Part shown: positions 10,242-21,649 of the stretch, piece after piece | How positions within the stretch are numbered: position 1 is the stretch's first letter | Layout: each line of letters begins with the position of its first letter | Assembly (NCBI GenBank): GCA_025558095.1 | Contig: JAIVFI010000042.1 | Span: 186,001 to 250,000, forward strand | Direction: 5' to 3' | Length of the DNA: 64,000 bases | Source: Hyaloraphidium curvatum SAG 235-1 | Lineage: Eukaryota; Fungi; Monoblepharomycota | The notes under the pieces: generated by a model | Seen by the model: only the letters and a program-made list of their open reading frames with translations | Databases searched by the model: none | What the model was told of the DNA's origin: nothing | Position numbers and translations under genes: made by a program

Positions 10242-12874
10242 ATGCCATCCGCAACGAAGCCGGAGACAACTTCGAGCGCGATGATTGGGGATTCGCGCAC
10301 CGCCGAGCCGGGGCCGCCGTCTTCGCCCGCGCTCCTGCCCACCCCCGCCCCGTCTGCACAGGGTTCGCCATCCGGCTCGCCATCCGGTTCGCCTCGGAAG
10401 GCGCCCCCTTCGGACGTGTACAAATGGCTTTTCGCCGGCGACTTGACCCCGCGCGGGTTCGTCGAGCGCCTGGCCAGGTACATGGCACCACGTAGCGCCG
10501 GCATTGCCAGACCTCTGAAAATGAACTACGATTTCCCCGCGGATGTGAGGCGAGAGCTGCCCGAGACGCTCTTCTCCTTCATCGACGACTGGAGGAAGGT
10601 ACCTCATGGAACCACCATGGCACGGTACCTCGCCAAGATGGACTTCGAGGACTTCGCTCCGCACCCGGAACTGCGTGTGGAGGGGATGGTGCGATACGAG
10701 CGCAACGAGATCGTTCAGTACTATACCTCGGACACCGCTCCCATCGACGTGCTCGAGGCCTTCGCCGCCTTCTTGCTCATGAACCCGAGCGGCAATCACT
10801 CGGGCCCCGTGCCCCTTCCCAACGGCGGCGTCAAGCGTCCCTCGGTTCATGTTGCCTGCGCCGACTTCTTAGGAGGCAAGCTGCTCGAGCTTGTTGGCCT
10901 CGTTCCATCCCGGCCGGCTCCCGCACCGGACCCGACGCCGGATTTGCGGCGCCTGGAGGAGGAGCTGGCGAAGGCCTTGAGCGATCTGGAGGAGGCCGAG
11001 CGCGAGCTGGAGGAGAAGATTGAGAAGCTGAGCGAGGAGGATGGGATCATTGCAGCTCGCGATGCAACGATTAACCAGCTGCAGTCGCTGATCAACGACT
11101 TGGGTGACGAGCTCCGAGCGGCACGAGCGGCGGTCTCCAAACTTCGCTCCGAGAACGATGAATTGATCAGGGAACGGGATGCGTTGTTGGCACAAGTGTC
11201 GGTGCTCGGCGACCAGGTCGCGCAGCTCCGAAGGCAGGCCGAAGAGCGCGAGCTCCGCATCAGGGCACTCGAAGCCGCCAATGCCGGTCTTCGGTCGGAA
11301 AACCAGCAGCTGGTGACGGGGAATGAAGGCCTGGGGGACCAGCTGGCCACCAGGGACGTGGAGCTCGCTACCGCACGTAATGCCCTCGCTCTACAAGCCA
11401 CGGAGCTGGCAGCAGCGCGGCAGGAGAACGAGCAGCTCGTGGCACAAAACAAGGGCCTGAGGGGCCAGCTGACGACGAAGAACATGGAGCTAGTCAACGC
11501 AAGCAATGCCCTCGCTTCACAAGCCACGGAGCTGGCGACGGCGCGGCAGCAGGTGGTCGATTTGGAGAGGAAGCTCCGCGAGGAGAAGGAGAAGAATTCC
11601 GAGGCGCGCAGTCTGCTCGCGATGGAGCGGCTGGAGATTGCCAAGGAGCGGCAGGAAATGGAGAGGCGAAGGACTCTTGACAGGGAGGCCATCGACAACG
11701 TGAGTTTTTTTGAGCGCTTGACTCCAGGGTCTTTGCCTAACCGGAACATGACAGCTCACGCGGGAGCTGGAGACAAAGAACAACCAGCTCGACGAAGCTG
11801 CACGGGAGGTGCGCAAGCTCGAGCAGGAGCGGGACACTTTCGAGCGGGAAGCTGCGAAGCAACGTGCGCGGGCGGATGTCGGGGACGCCAAGATCAAGGA
11901 GCTGAGCGACCAAGCTGCCTCAGACCGTGCCGTCATCAAGAGTCTTGGGGACGAAACTGCGAAATTCGAGCGCGAGGTGGACAAGAAGGATGTGGTGATT
12001 GGCAAGCTTTCCACTGAGAACGAGGGGCTCAAGGGCAGGCTGGCCAAGGCCACCGCCAGCATTGCGCAGCTCCGCGACAGCAAGGCAGAGGTGGAAAGGA
12101 CCAACGATAACCAGGAGTCGAAGATCGCCATCCTCGAGGCCAGGAACGACGGACTCGAGAGGGAACTGGCTGCCACCAGCGCACAGCTGGCGGCCAAACG
12201 CAACGGCCTCGATGAGGAAGCGCTGAAAGTCCGCCGCCTCGAGCGGAGCCTTGCACGCACGGAGGAGCATGTCCGCGAGGCGGAAGCGGACCGCGATCGC
12301 AGAGTTTCCGCCGCCGAAAGACGGGCGGCGGAGCAGATTCAGGCAGCGCAGGCGGATCGCGATCGCCGGGTTTCGGTCCTCCAGACCCAGCTGGCCGATC
12401 AGAGCAGCAGGATCTCGGAGCAGGCCGAGCAGATCCGCATGCTCAGCGGCCGCGTCGAGCAGTACGGCCGGCACGTGCAGGAGTGAGTGATTGCCCGCCT
12501 GCCTCAAATGCACGCGAGTGCTGACCAATGCAACCAGGACCGACCGCGTCGTCGACGAGGCCGCAGAACGGATTCGTCCCCGCTATGACGCGGTCGCCGT
12601 CCCCGGAACCAACATGCCCAACTGCGTGCTGCTCGATGAGCTGGATCCGGCCGTCGCCGCGGCAGTGGCGGCCGCTCCCGTTTCCCCGCCGCGCCTCAAC
12701 GCGGCTGACCCGGCGAACGCGGACATGATCCTACAGGAGAGCACCCAGGCACTCCAAAGGCTCCGCCAGCAGCTGCAGAACTTCAGCAACGGCAGGGCCT
12801 TCACCGTCAACATCAGGGACACCGGCCGCCGCAGCTTAATGGGCAATTTCTGGCGGAGGCTGACGGGCAAGTAG
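10242..12874 (+). CDS. Long coiled-coil protein with uncharacterised globular N-terminal domain (spliced)
   Basis: ATG 10242; heptad-rich E/L/A/R/Q region; GTGAGT introns at ~11700-11754 and ~12483-12537 join ORFs 9969-12017, 11809-12486 and 12491-12874 in frame. Confidence 0.7.
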
Positions 12875-12889
12875 ACGTCCGACACGAAG

Positions 12890-12958
12890 CTCTATGCCAT
12901 AGCCACCCCACATATGTACCATCCACTCCCTCTAGAGGAACTGCTCAACCTCGATCTC
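12890..12958 (+). repeat. Direct duplicate of 16047-16115 (last 8 codons, stop and 3' flank of PheRS beta)
   Basis: 66/69 nt identical by manual alignment; minus strand reads EIEVEQFL* versus EIEVEPFL*. Confidence 0.9.
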
Positions 12959-13184
12959 GTTGCTTGAGAGCTTCTGTGTTGTCTAGGCCGTGCGCGTGCG
13001 CGGTTCGTGGGTTGGTTGTCGCGCACTCGACCATCCGCAGGGTCGTAGGTTACTATCGCCACCGTGGTCTTCACCTCTGGAGCACCTTAGGGGCCTGGCC
13101 AAGCGGCGATTGTGACTCAGTCCGCCTGCGCCACAGGGACCCAAGGGCTAACCTCTGACTCACCCTCCAACTGGAAACACCGAA

Positions 13185-15767
13185 ATGAACCACATCGCAA
13201 CCATTCTCTGCGCCGCGCTCGGCGCCGCTCTCCTTGCTTCGGCAGGGGCGGCCGGACCCGGGCCGCCGCTCCCCGTCGCGCCGCTCTCCCCGCTCCCGCT
13301 CTCCCCGCGCTCGATGACATGCAAGCCGTACTCTTACGAGAACGCCACTGACCCGGCGACGGGCGGCCCTGCCTGCGCCGTCACGCAGGGGGTCCAGTGC
13401 GAGTACAGCTTTGCGTGCGCGATCGACACTTGGTTCTGCCCGTTCGAGGGGTGCGGTGACCCCGTGAACCGCCAGCCGCACACCTGCGGTGACTTTCCCC
13501 GCAACCGCACCACCTGCCGCTTCGACAGCAACGGCGTCGTCGGCTCCTCGTGGGCCGCCAACGCCACCGTGGCCGAGGAGAACGGCCGGTGCTTCTACGC
13601 CGGCGGCAAGGGCCTGTATGTCGGCCCTCCCTTCTCGAGGTCTATCTCCTTTGCCATATGGTACGGGGCCTGCAAATCAACGGCCCCGTGCCGGTGGGAC
13701 CTACTCTCGCAGACCGTGAACCAGTTGCGCAAGACGGGCCCCTCGGCGGGCACCTTCGAGGCCTCGCGCATCCTTCACCCCGGGGACCACGGCCGCGGCT
13801 CATTTAGCCCCAGCGAGGTCTGCCTCACCGCAATGCAGTGCCCGCCGATGCTCGGCCTGCTGTCCTCGGGGCCGGAAATCGATTACGGCGGCACCCAGTT
13901 CGCCTGCATACCCACCGACGCGGCATTCAGGGAGGGCATTGTCGTCAAACGAGACGGCCTCGGCAGAGCCGTCTGCCTGACCGACGGGTCGGGGGCGTGC
14001 CTGGTGCTCCCGGGATCATGCTGCGGCGCCATGGACTCCAACTCCTCCTCGTCAAACGTGGCGGCAATCTCTCCGATACGGTGGCCCACGAGGCCATGCA
14101 CGGCGGGGGAGGACTGGTGCGGCCGCGCCCTGGCCGCCGTTGAGGGCCGGTCTTCCTCCTTCCTGCTGCTGGGGTACAACTGCACGCTCACGACGTCGGC
14201 CCCCGCCCCGTACAACGTCACCGCGAACGTTCCGGACCCGAACGCGGGCCCCTGGGTCGTGCAGAGGTACGATAACTACTACTCAGGGCCCACGAGCAAC
14301 TACTCCTTCCTGTACCGCGCGGTCCGCCGCATGGGCAACGGGAGCATCGCCGCCATGGGCTACAGGTCGGTTGGGAGCGACTACGTCACGACCTTCGCGC
14401 TCGGCGACGCCGGCTGCGCCGCCAATCTGGTCAGGACGGCGCCCGCCGGCGTGGCCTATGCCATGCTCCCGTCCTACGACAAGGCCAACAACGACTCGGA
14501 ACTGCTGTGGATCCTCGGGCTGGATCCCAACCGCGCCGCGCCGCAGCCCCCGCCGGATCCTCCGACGCCCCCCGGCCGCGGCAGCTGGACCTGCGTGCAG
14601 CTCTGTAGCGAGGGCGGGAACTGGGCCGTGGTGCGCTATTATGGCGTGGGGGGCGGCGTGCAGTGCCGGGGGAACAATGCTGGGGGCTGCTCGCTCTACC
14701 GCGATTCTGGGTGCACGGATCTGGCCGACGGAGAGTACGCGCCCCATCCCTCTGGCGAGGTCGGGTACGTCTGCAGCCCGCAGGACCAAGCGTCCGGGTG
14801 GTGCGCGCATGCCGCGGCCGCGGTGCTGCCCTGGAACAGCGGTACGGCAGCCTGCGCCCCAACCGAGATCCGGCAGGCCTGCAACGGGACGTGCTCGCCG
14901 TCGGCGACGTGCGTGCGCTCGGGCAGGGAAACCTTCTGTTCGTGCAACGAGGGATTCTTCGGCGACGGGAAGGCGTGCAGCCCCGATCCGTGCCGGACCG
15001 GTAACGGGGGCTGCTCGCCCCAGGCCACCTGCATCCCCTCTGTGGGGGGCTCCGTCGCCTGCACGTGCTGGCCGGGCTACTTCGGTTCCGGGCGGAGCTG
15101 CCTCCCCGATCCCTGCGCCACCAACAACGGCGGGTGCTCGCGGTACGCCCGGTGCAGCCCCGTCTGGCCCTCCGGCAACACCTGCGCGTGCGGAAAGGGG
15201 TACGTCGGCGACGGCCGGCGGTGCATGTGGGACTACTGCGCGCAGGACGGCATCTGCCCCCCGAACGCGGTCTGCTCCCTGGACTCCCAGGGCGCCCCCA
15301 GGTGCTACTGCACGGGGGCTTACACCTCGAACGGCACGCACTGCGTTTCCAAGTGCCTCTACAACAACGGAGGCTGCTCCCGCTACGCCGCGTGCTCCAT
15401 CCGCAACGGCGCCATCGCGTGCGCATGCAAGGCTGCGTACTACGGCAACGGGCGGACGTGCACGGCCAAGGCTGCGGTGAGGCTGGCGCTGACGGCCCCG
15501 GCCACGGTGCGCCGCGGGCGCAGGGCAACGTTCGTGGCCAAAGCCACGAATTCCAAGGGGAAGGCGTTGGCGAGGCTGCAGGTGACGTTCCAGGTCGGGA
15601 GCGGGGCAAAGGTCAAGCGGACGACAGGGACGGCGGGGACATGCTCGTACGTCTACGCGGTGCCGGCCAGGGCGGTGCTCGGGAAGATCGCCGTGAGCGC
15701 CTCTTTCCCGGGGACCTCCACGCTGCTGCCGGCGTCGGCCAGGAAGACAGTGACGATAGCGAGATGA
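13185..15767 (+). CDS. Secreted cysteine-rich protein with tandem EGF-like repeats and a C-terminal basic Ig-like domain
   Basis: Signal peptide MNHIATILCAALGAALLASAGA; about 5 EGF repeats of type C..NNGGCS..A.C......C.C..GY.G.G..C; C-terminal beta-sandwich-like segment (TFVAKATNSKGKAL..VTFQVG...TTG.AG). Confidence 0.8.
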   Translation: MNHIATILCAALGAALLASAGAAGPGPPLPVAPLSPLPLSPRSMTCKPYSYENATDPATGGPACAVTQGVQCEYSFACAIDTWFCPFEGCGDPVNRQPHTCGDFPRNRTTCRFDSNGVVGSSWAANATVAEENGRCFYAGGKGLYVGPPFSRSISFAIWYGACKSTAPCRWDLLSQTVNQLRKTGPSAGTFEASRILHPGDHGRGSFSPSEVCLTAMQCPPMLGLLSSGPEIDYGGTQFACIPTDAAFREGIVVKRDGLGRAVCLTDGSGACLVLPGSCCGAMDSNSSSSNVAAISPIRWPTRPCTAGEDWCGRALAAVEGRSSSFLLLGYNCTLTTSAPAPYNVTANVPDPNAGPWVVQRYDNYYSGPTSNYSFLYRAVRRMGNGSIAAMGYRSVGSDYVTTFALGDAGCAANLVRTAPAGVAYAMLPSYDKANNDSELLWILGLDPNRAAPQPPPDPPTPPGRGSWTCVQLCSEGGNWAVVRYYGVGGGVQCRGNNAGGCSLYRDSGCTDLADGEYAPHPSGEVGYVCSPQDQASGWCAHAAAAVLPWNSGTAACAPTEIRQACNGTCSPSATCVRSGRETFCSCNEGFFGDGKACSPDPCRTGNGGCSPQATCIPSVGGSVACTCWPGYFGSGRSCLPDPCATNNGGCSRYARCSPVWPSGNTCACGKGYVGDGRRCMWDYCAQDGICPPNAVCSLDSQGAPRCYCTGAYTSNGTHCVSKCLYNNGGCSRYAACSIRNGAIACACKAAYYGNGRTCTAKAAVRLALTAPATVRRGRRATFVAKATNSKGKALARLQVTFQVGSGAKVKRTTGTAGTCSYVYAVPARAVLGKIAVSASFPGTSTLLPASARKTVTIAR

Positions 15768-15839
15768 GACGTATTCAGTGATTGATCTGATTGAAAGGCA
15801 GAATCCGTGCTTTCTATGGGTTTCCTAGAAAGTCAATCG

Positions 15840-16031
15840 GCGTCTGTCCGCAACATGAACGCAGCGGACGAGGCACACGCCGACAGGATCCTGGCCGCCA
15901 GCGCCCAGAGCCTCGAAAGGCTTGAGCAGGAGCTGAAAACTTCGGAAATGCCGGACCGCGGAGCCATCTTCAGGGCGGACGGCGGCGGCACGATATTCTC
16001 CGACGTCTGGAAGAAGCCGTATCGCAAGTAG
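15840..16031 (+). pseudogene. Relic paralogue of the C-terminal exon of the 10242-12874 coiled-coil gene
   Basis: NMNAADEAHADRILAASAQSLERLEQEL...WKKPYRK* aligns with RLNAADPANADMILQESTQALQRLRQQL...WRRLTGK*; both end gcaagtagacgt. Confidence 0.75.
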
Positions 16032-16088
16032 ACGTTCGGCAAACGCCTCTATGCCATAGCCACCCCACATATGTATCATCCACTCCCT

Positions 16089-18272
16089 CTAGAGGAACGG
16101 CTCCACCTCGATCTCCATGGCCGACGTCGGGAACGGCACGGCGAACTTTGCCAGCACCTCGGGGTGCACCACGCCCACGGTCCCGATCGGCCTGCCCTCG
16201 TAGACGACGTCCGCGCGGCGCCCGGGGAAGTACGTCGGGTCTGCAAATGTGCCGTGCGCGGTCAGCTCCTCCGTGCTCCGCCGCACGAGCGGCGAAGGAA
16301 CCCACTCGACGACTCCTCGAGCCAGTACGCGCCCCTCGCCGTCCTCTCCACCCCGTTCCCGGGCACCGCCGGCACCCCGTGCATCATCCGCATGACCCTG
16401 TCCAGGAACCCGTGCAGCACCTCGAAGCCGCTCCCGGACTTGCCGCAGTACACCGCGGCGAACCTCCTCGCGTTCCTCGCCCTCCTCTCGACGGCGTCGT
16501 CCTTGACCGCGATCTCCTGGCACTCGAACGCGCGGATGGGCAGGGGCTGCATGCGGTTCGCGCTGACGGTCTTGAGGAGGCCGGGCAGGAGGGTGGTCCG
16601 GACGACCTGGTACTCGACCGTCTTTGGATTCGCCAGCCGCACCGCGAGCCCCGAGTCGGCCTGGTTGAGGTGGGCAAAGTTCTCGTCGTGCGAGCACTGC
16701 ACCGGCGCGCGGCAAACTCAGTCCCCGCCCGGCGCCGCGCCACCCGCCCGCGCGCCACCCACCAGGATCAGCGGCATCACCTCGACCCACCCCGCCTGCG
16801 CCGCCTCCCTCCTCAGCATGTCCGACACCCTGTTCACGGGCAGCGGCGCGCCGATGGTGTTGTTCCCCGGCAGCGTCTTGGGCACCCTGTTGAACCCGTA
16901 CGCGATGCCCACGTCCTCGGCCACGTCGCAGGGGTGCAGGACGTCCGAGCGGGTGGGAGGGCACGAGACCGCGAGGATTTCCGAGGCGGACTTGTCGACG
17001 AGCTCCGCGGCGTCGGAGGGGGCGACGGGGGAAGGGGAGGCGGAGAGGGCCATGCGCTGCACGAGGGAAGACATCTCGCCGAGGGCGAGGCGCAGGCCGA
17101 GGGTGCGGTTGATGTAGGCCGGGTCGACGCGGAAGACGCGGGGGGCGAAGGAGGGGTAGCTGAGCACGGTGCCGTCGGGGTAGGCGACGTCGACGGGCTC
17201 GATGCTGTGGCGGGAACGGGGGGTCGGACGGGGCCACCCACCGGGGCAGGCGGGGGAGGGACCCACGAGAAGGGCTGCGCGCAGTACTCGGAGAATATGC
17301 ACACGATCTGGTTCAGCACGATGTTGGCCTTGTTCAGGTCCGTCGCGGTGGCCTCGATGAACACGTTCCTGGTCTCGCCGGCGACGATCTTGGTCATCTC
17401 CGAGTTGATGATGGGCGGCAGCGAGAGCACGCGCCGCTGCGAGTCGAGCACGACGGGGTACACGGGCGAGTCGCGGATGATGTGGAGGTACTTGCCGATG
17501 TGGCGGTCGGGCTGCCGTCGACGCGTGAGCGGCGCGGACGGGCGGTGGCACAGCGCTGCGCACCTCGAAGTGGGCCATGATCCCGTGCCCGTCCAGCTGC
17601 TTGCCCTCGCCCCGCAGCGGCTCGAACTTGGGCAGCTCCTCCGGCGGCAGCGCGTCGTAGTACACCCCCTTGGACGCGTCCATCTTGTCCAGGTCGTGGG
17701 TGCCCACCGACACCAGGGTGCGCTTGCGCGCCAGCGTGCCGTGCAGCTTCTCCTGCAGGTCGATGAAGCTGTTGTACGCCGAGCCCGAGAAGTGGATGTC
17801 CCGGAGGACCGCGCCGACGACGTAGCGCCGGATGCGGGCGGTCGATTCGGCGACGTGGATGGTGATGGGTTTGCCGTCCGAGGTCTGCGGGGGGGCGATG
17901 GTGTAGGCCGGGGGGCGGCTCGCGGGGTCGGTGAAGATGCGCAGGGCGCGGGCGATGCCCTCGGGGCAGAGCATGTCGTATCTGCACACGCAGGAGGGTA
18001 GACGCGTCAGAAGCAAGGGGGGTGGAGGTCCCGCCGGGCGGCACGCCCCACCTGTTTGCGGGGATGTCGATGCGGAACACAGTGCGGTCCTTGCCGCCCA
18101 GCTTGGCGATTTCCTCCTCCGACAGCCCCTCGTTGTCGCCCAGCTCCTCGGCCGACACCTCCTCCTCGAGCTCGATGCCGTACTCGAAGCAGAGGTCGAA
18201 GAACTCCTCCGAGGTGTAGGTCCGGCCCATCTGGGCGAACAGGTAGTTGCGGTCCACGTTGACGGTCGGCAT
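16089..18272 (-). CDS. FRS1: Cytoplasmic phenylalanyl-tRNA synthetase beta subunit (spliced)
   Basis: MPTVNVDR..., FFDLCFEYGIELEE, IDIPANR|YDMLCPEG, YNSFIDLQEKLH, VLSLPPIINS, PPTRSDVLHPCDVAEDVGIAYGFN, NPKTVEYQVVRTTLLPGLLKT, GVVHPEVL. Confidence 0.96.
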
Positions 18273-18507
18273 CGCGGGTCGGCGGGGGCGGGGGAGGGAG
18301 CGGGAGGTGGGGGACGCGTGCCGCCGGGGCCGGCGGGGAGGGCGGTGGCCGGAGGGGGCCGGGGAGAGTTTGCTGTTCCGCCGGGAGGTTGGTTAGGGAA
18401 TCCTCTAAGGGCCCGGGGGCGTTGCTTGGTTGTTGACCGGATATCTGCTAGGCATCCTAGAAAAACGCGTCTGAAACGAAAGCGCGGTTCCCCGGCATTG
18501 GGCGGCG

Positions 18508-21414
18508 ATGGACGCGCAGGCGCGCATCCTCGAGCTCCTCTCGCAGCTGCCGCCCGAGGCGCGCGCGCAGATGCTGGCGGAGCGGCCCGAGCTCGCGGGA
18601 CTGCCGGCGGGACTGCCGCAACCCGCGCAACCCCCGCCGTCCGCGCGCCCGCTGCTCGAGACGGAGGAGGCGCTGCGGCTGAGGGCGCAGCTGATGGCGC
18701 GGGGATCGCCCGGCGGCCAGACGCCGCCCGCCCCGCAGCCCCCCGCACGCACGCCCCCCGCGCCCAGCCCGCACTCGTCGCCGCCCCAGCCGCCCCAGCC
18801 GCCGCAGCCGCCGCATGCACACGTGGCGCAGCTCGCGGCTCAGCAGCCGGCTCATCCGGCCCCGCAGCACGTGCCGCCCCCGCCGGTCCCGCCTCCCCCG
18901 GCCCCCCAGCCGGCCCACCCGGCAATCACCGTGACGCACCGCGCGTTCCCGCCCCCGCCGCCGCTCCCGCCCGCACCGCCGCCGGCACAGAGGGAGCCGC
19001 CGCCGCCCGGCACGCGCCCCGCCCACCCGCACACGCACACCCATCCGCCCCACCCGCAGCAGCAGCCCGCGCACCCGGCACCCGCGCAGCCCGCACCCGC
19101 CCCGCACTCGGCGCCCGCCGCCCACCCGCCCCCGCCGTCGCACCCCGCCCCCGCCCCCGCGCCGCACTCGGCCCCGCCGACAATCGTCGTGCGCGAGCGT
19201 GCCGCACCCCCGGACGGCAAGCCCCCGCCGCCCCCGCCCCCGACGGTGCACGTCGTCCAGCGACAGGATCCCAAGCCGCGGCCGTCGCCGCCGAGCGGGG
19301 GCCAGGGCCAGGGAGGCCAGCGCGGGCAGCCCGCCAAGCCGGCGCAGCGGGGCTACTCGCAGCCCGCGAAGCCGGTGCCGGCGACGCTGGCGAGGATCCA
19401 GACGGGCGGCGGGGCGGGAGCAGGGAGCAGGTCGCCCGAAGAAGGCGGGCAGGGGAACGGTGCGCAGTCGGGCAAGGCGCATGGAGGGCAAGGGGGCCCG
19501 GGCTCGCCGGCGCCCCAGCATGCGCAGCAGTCGCAGAACGGTCAGCAATCCCAGCAGGTGCAGCAGGCGCAGCAGGCGCATGCGCTGAACGGATCGGGAC
19601 AGCACGGACAGGGACATCACGGACAGGAACAGCAGGATCAGCAGCACGCAAAGCCGGCCGAGCCGAGCAAGCCGCCCACGCCGGCCCAGCCCGCGCCGCC
19701 CGTGCAACCTCCGCCGCCCGCTCAACCTCCTCCGCCCACGCAACCGGCCCCGCAGCATCAGCCTGCGCCGTTCTCCAGCCAGCCCCCGCCGCCCTCGACC
19801 CAGCCGCCGCCTCCGCCTCCCGCTTCCGCGACGCCTCCTCCGCCGCCACCCGCCCAGAGCAACGCCCAGCCGAACGCGGCGCAGCCGGTCGCACAGCAGG
19901 CGCCCGTCGCAAACAGCCAGCCCTCGGCCCCGAGCGCCCCGCAGAGCAAGCCCGCCGAGCCCGCGAAGCACCAACCCTCCCCCGCCCCCGCGAGCAAGCC
20001 GCAACCCGCCAAGCTCCCCGCCCGCCCCGCCACCCCGCCCACCAACGCCCCCCCTTCCGCCCCCCCGAAGTCCGCCTCCGAAGCGGCCAAACCCCGCCCC
20101 CCGAGCATCACCACCGCCCCCGCGGCCACCCCCCCCGCCCCCGCGCTCGCCCTGGTCCCCCGCGCGCCGCACCCCGCCGAGCCGCTCATCTCGCAGTGGC
20201 GCCGCGAGCTCGACATGGACCTCCTCTCCCTCTCGCACGCGGAGAGGGAGGCCGATGCCGAGCAGCGCGAGCTCGACCGGCGGCAGGCCGAGACCCGCGA
20301 GGCCAAGGACAAGGTCGCGCTGGCGCGGGAACGCGTGGCTGCCGCCGCCGACGCGCTGCGGCGGGCCGAGGTGGAGCTGGCGAGCAGGGAGGGCGAGCTC
20401 CGCGGGGGCGAGGGGACGGTGGCGATGCTGGAGCAGCGCGCGAGGGAGAGGAGGGAGGAGGTGCTCCGCCTCGGGGCGATCGTGCAGGCGAAGAAGGCGC
20501 AGCTCCGGAGCCTGGGGGTGGAGTGGGTCGAGGAGGGGCAGCACGCGGCGGGGATGGGGAGCGGGGGGGTGGGGAGCCCAGAGGGGGGGTGGGAGCAGGG
20601 GGAGGTCAGGTCGCCGATGGAGGAGGAGAGGGAGGAACGCAGGGATGGGGCGAGCAGCAGGGGGCCGCCGAGCGGGAGGAGGGAGGGGGGCACGCCGACG
20701 CCGGCGCCGCAGGAGCGGCAGGCGTTCACGGTTTCGGAGCTGCGGAGCATGCGCGAGGGGCGGGGGAGGGAGGATCCCGAGGAGCGAAGGGAGAGGGAGC
20801 GGCGCGAGGCGGTGGAGAGGGAGCGGTACGAGGACGACCGCAGGGGAGGGTACGGTGCGCGGTGGGAGGACGACAGGCGGTACGGGGGCAGGGACAGCTA
20901 CCGGCCGCAGAGGAGGGAGCGGGAGCCGTCGCCCGAGGAGGAGCGCAAGCGGCGGCGGACCGAGTACGAGCGGGGCTTCGACGCGAGGGGGTACGAGAGG
21001 GGGTACGACGACAGGGGGTACGGGAGGGGGTACGATGCAGGGGGGAGGGCGTACGACGGGGGAGGCGGCAGGCCGTACGACGACCGCAGACCCGGGGATT
21101 CGGCGAGGCCGTACGACAACGGCAGGCCCGATTCCGCGAGGCCGATCGAGAGCGCGCGAGGCGATTCGAGGAGCGACAGCGGCAGGGCGGCGGAACCGGC
21201 CCGGGAGCAGCGCCCCAACGGCAACGGCGCCGGCGCGGCCAAGACGACGAGCAAGCAGGCCTTCGACGACGAGATCTGCCTCGCATTCAACATGGACGGG
21301 TGCTTCATGGCGGCGTGCAAGTTCAAGCACATCTGCGGCGTGTGCAAGAGCGCGGACCACACGGCGAAGGAGTGCCCGTCGGCGCCGCCGCCGGGGCAGG
21401 AGCAGGGCAGATAG
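18508..21414 (+). CDS. Pro/Gln-rich protein with central coiled coil, R/E/D/Y-rich tract and C-terminal CCCH + CCHC zinc fingers (putative RNA-binding)
   Basis: 968-aa ATG ORF divergent from PheRS beta (235-bp gap); C-terminus CLAFNMDGCFMAACKFKH ICGVCKSADHTAKEC. Confidence 0.7.
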   Translation: MDAQARILELLSQLPPEARAQMLAERPELAGLPAGLPQPAQPPPSARPLLETEEALRLRAQLMARGSPGGQTPPAPQPPARTPPAPSPHSSPPQPPQPPQPPHAHVAQLAAQQPAHPAPQHVPPPPVPPPPAPQPAHPAITVTHRAFPPPPPLPPAPPPAQREPPPPGTRPAHPHTHTHPPHPQQQPAHPAPAQPAPAPHSAPAAHPPPPSHPAPAPAPHSAPPTIVVRERAAPPDGKPPPPPPPTVHVVQRQDPKPRPSPPSGGQGQGGQRGQPAKPAQRGYSQPAKPVPATLARIQTGGGAGAGSRSPEEGGQGNGAQSGKAHGGQGGPGSPAPQHAQQSQNGQQSQQVQQAQQAHALNGSGQHGQGHHGQEQQDQQHAKPAEPSKPPTPAQPAPPVQPPPPAQPPPPTQPAPQHQPAPFSSQPPPPSTQPPPPPPASATPPPPPPAQSNAQPNAAQPVAQQAPVANSQPSAPSAPQSKPAEPAKHQPSPAPASKPQPAKLPARPATPPTNAPPSAPPKSASEAAKPRPPSITTAPAATPPAPALALVPRAPHPAEPLISQWRRELDMDLLSLSHAEREADAEQRELDRRQAETREAKDKVALARERVAAAADALRRAEVELASREGELRGGEGTVAMLEQRARERREEVLRLGAIVQAKKAQLRSLGVEWVEEGQHAAGMGSGGVGSPEGGWEQGEVRSPMEEEREERRDGASSRGPPSGRREGGTPTPAPQERQAFTVSELRSMREGRGREDPEERRERERREAVERERYEDDRRGGYGARWEDDRRYGGRDSYRPQRREREPSPEEERKRRRTEYERGFDARGYERGYDDRGYGRGYDAGGRAYDGGGGRPYDDRRPGDSARPYDNGRPDSARPIESARGDSRSDSGRAAEPAREQRPNGNGAGAAKTTSKQAFDDEICLAFNMDGCFMAACKFKHICGVCKSADHTAKECPSAPPPGQEQGR

Positions 21415-21649
21415 GGCGGTGTGGCCAGAGCGGAATGGGGAGCGTGATATACCCCTTTGATCGTCCAGCTTCCGCCGCAGTCGAGTCCATCCAGTTAGCT
21501 GCGCAACACAGTGTCCACATAGCCGCAGAGGAAGTAACTGACTGCGCCTAGGATGCCGTCCAACTGGTGTTGTGCCCCTCCTGTGCGCGCGCGACTCCGC
21601 GATCAGCTCAAAACCTCGCCGGCGATCCTCCGCGCCCCTCTCGCAGCAC

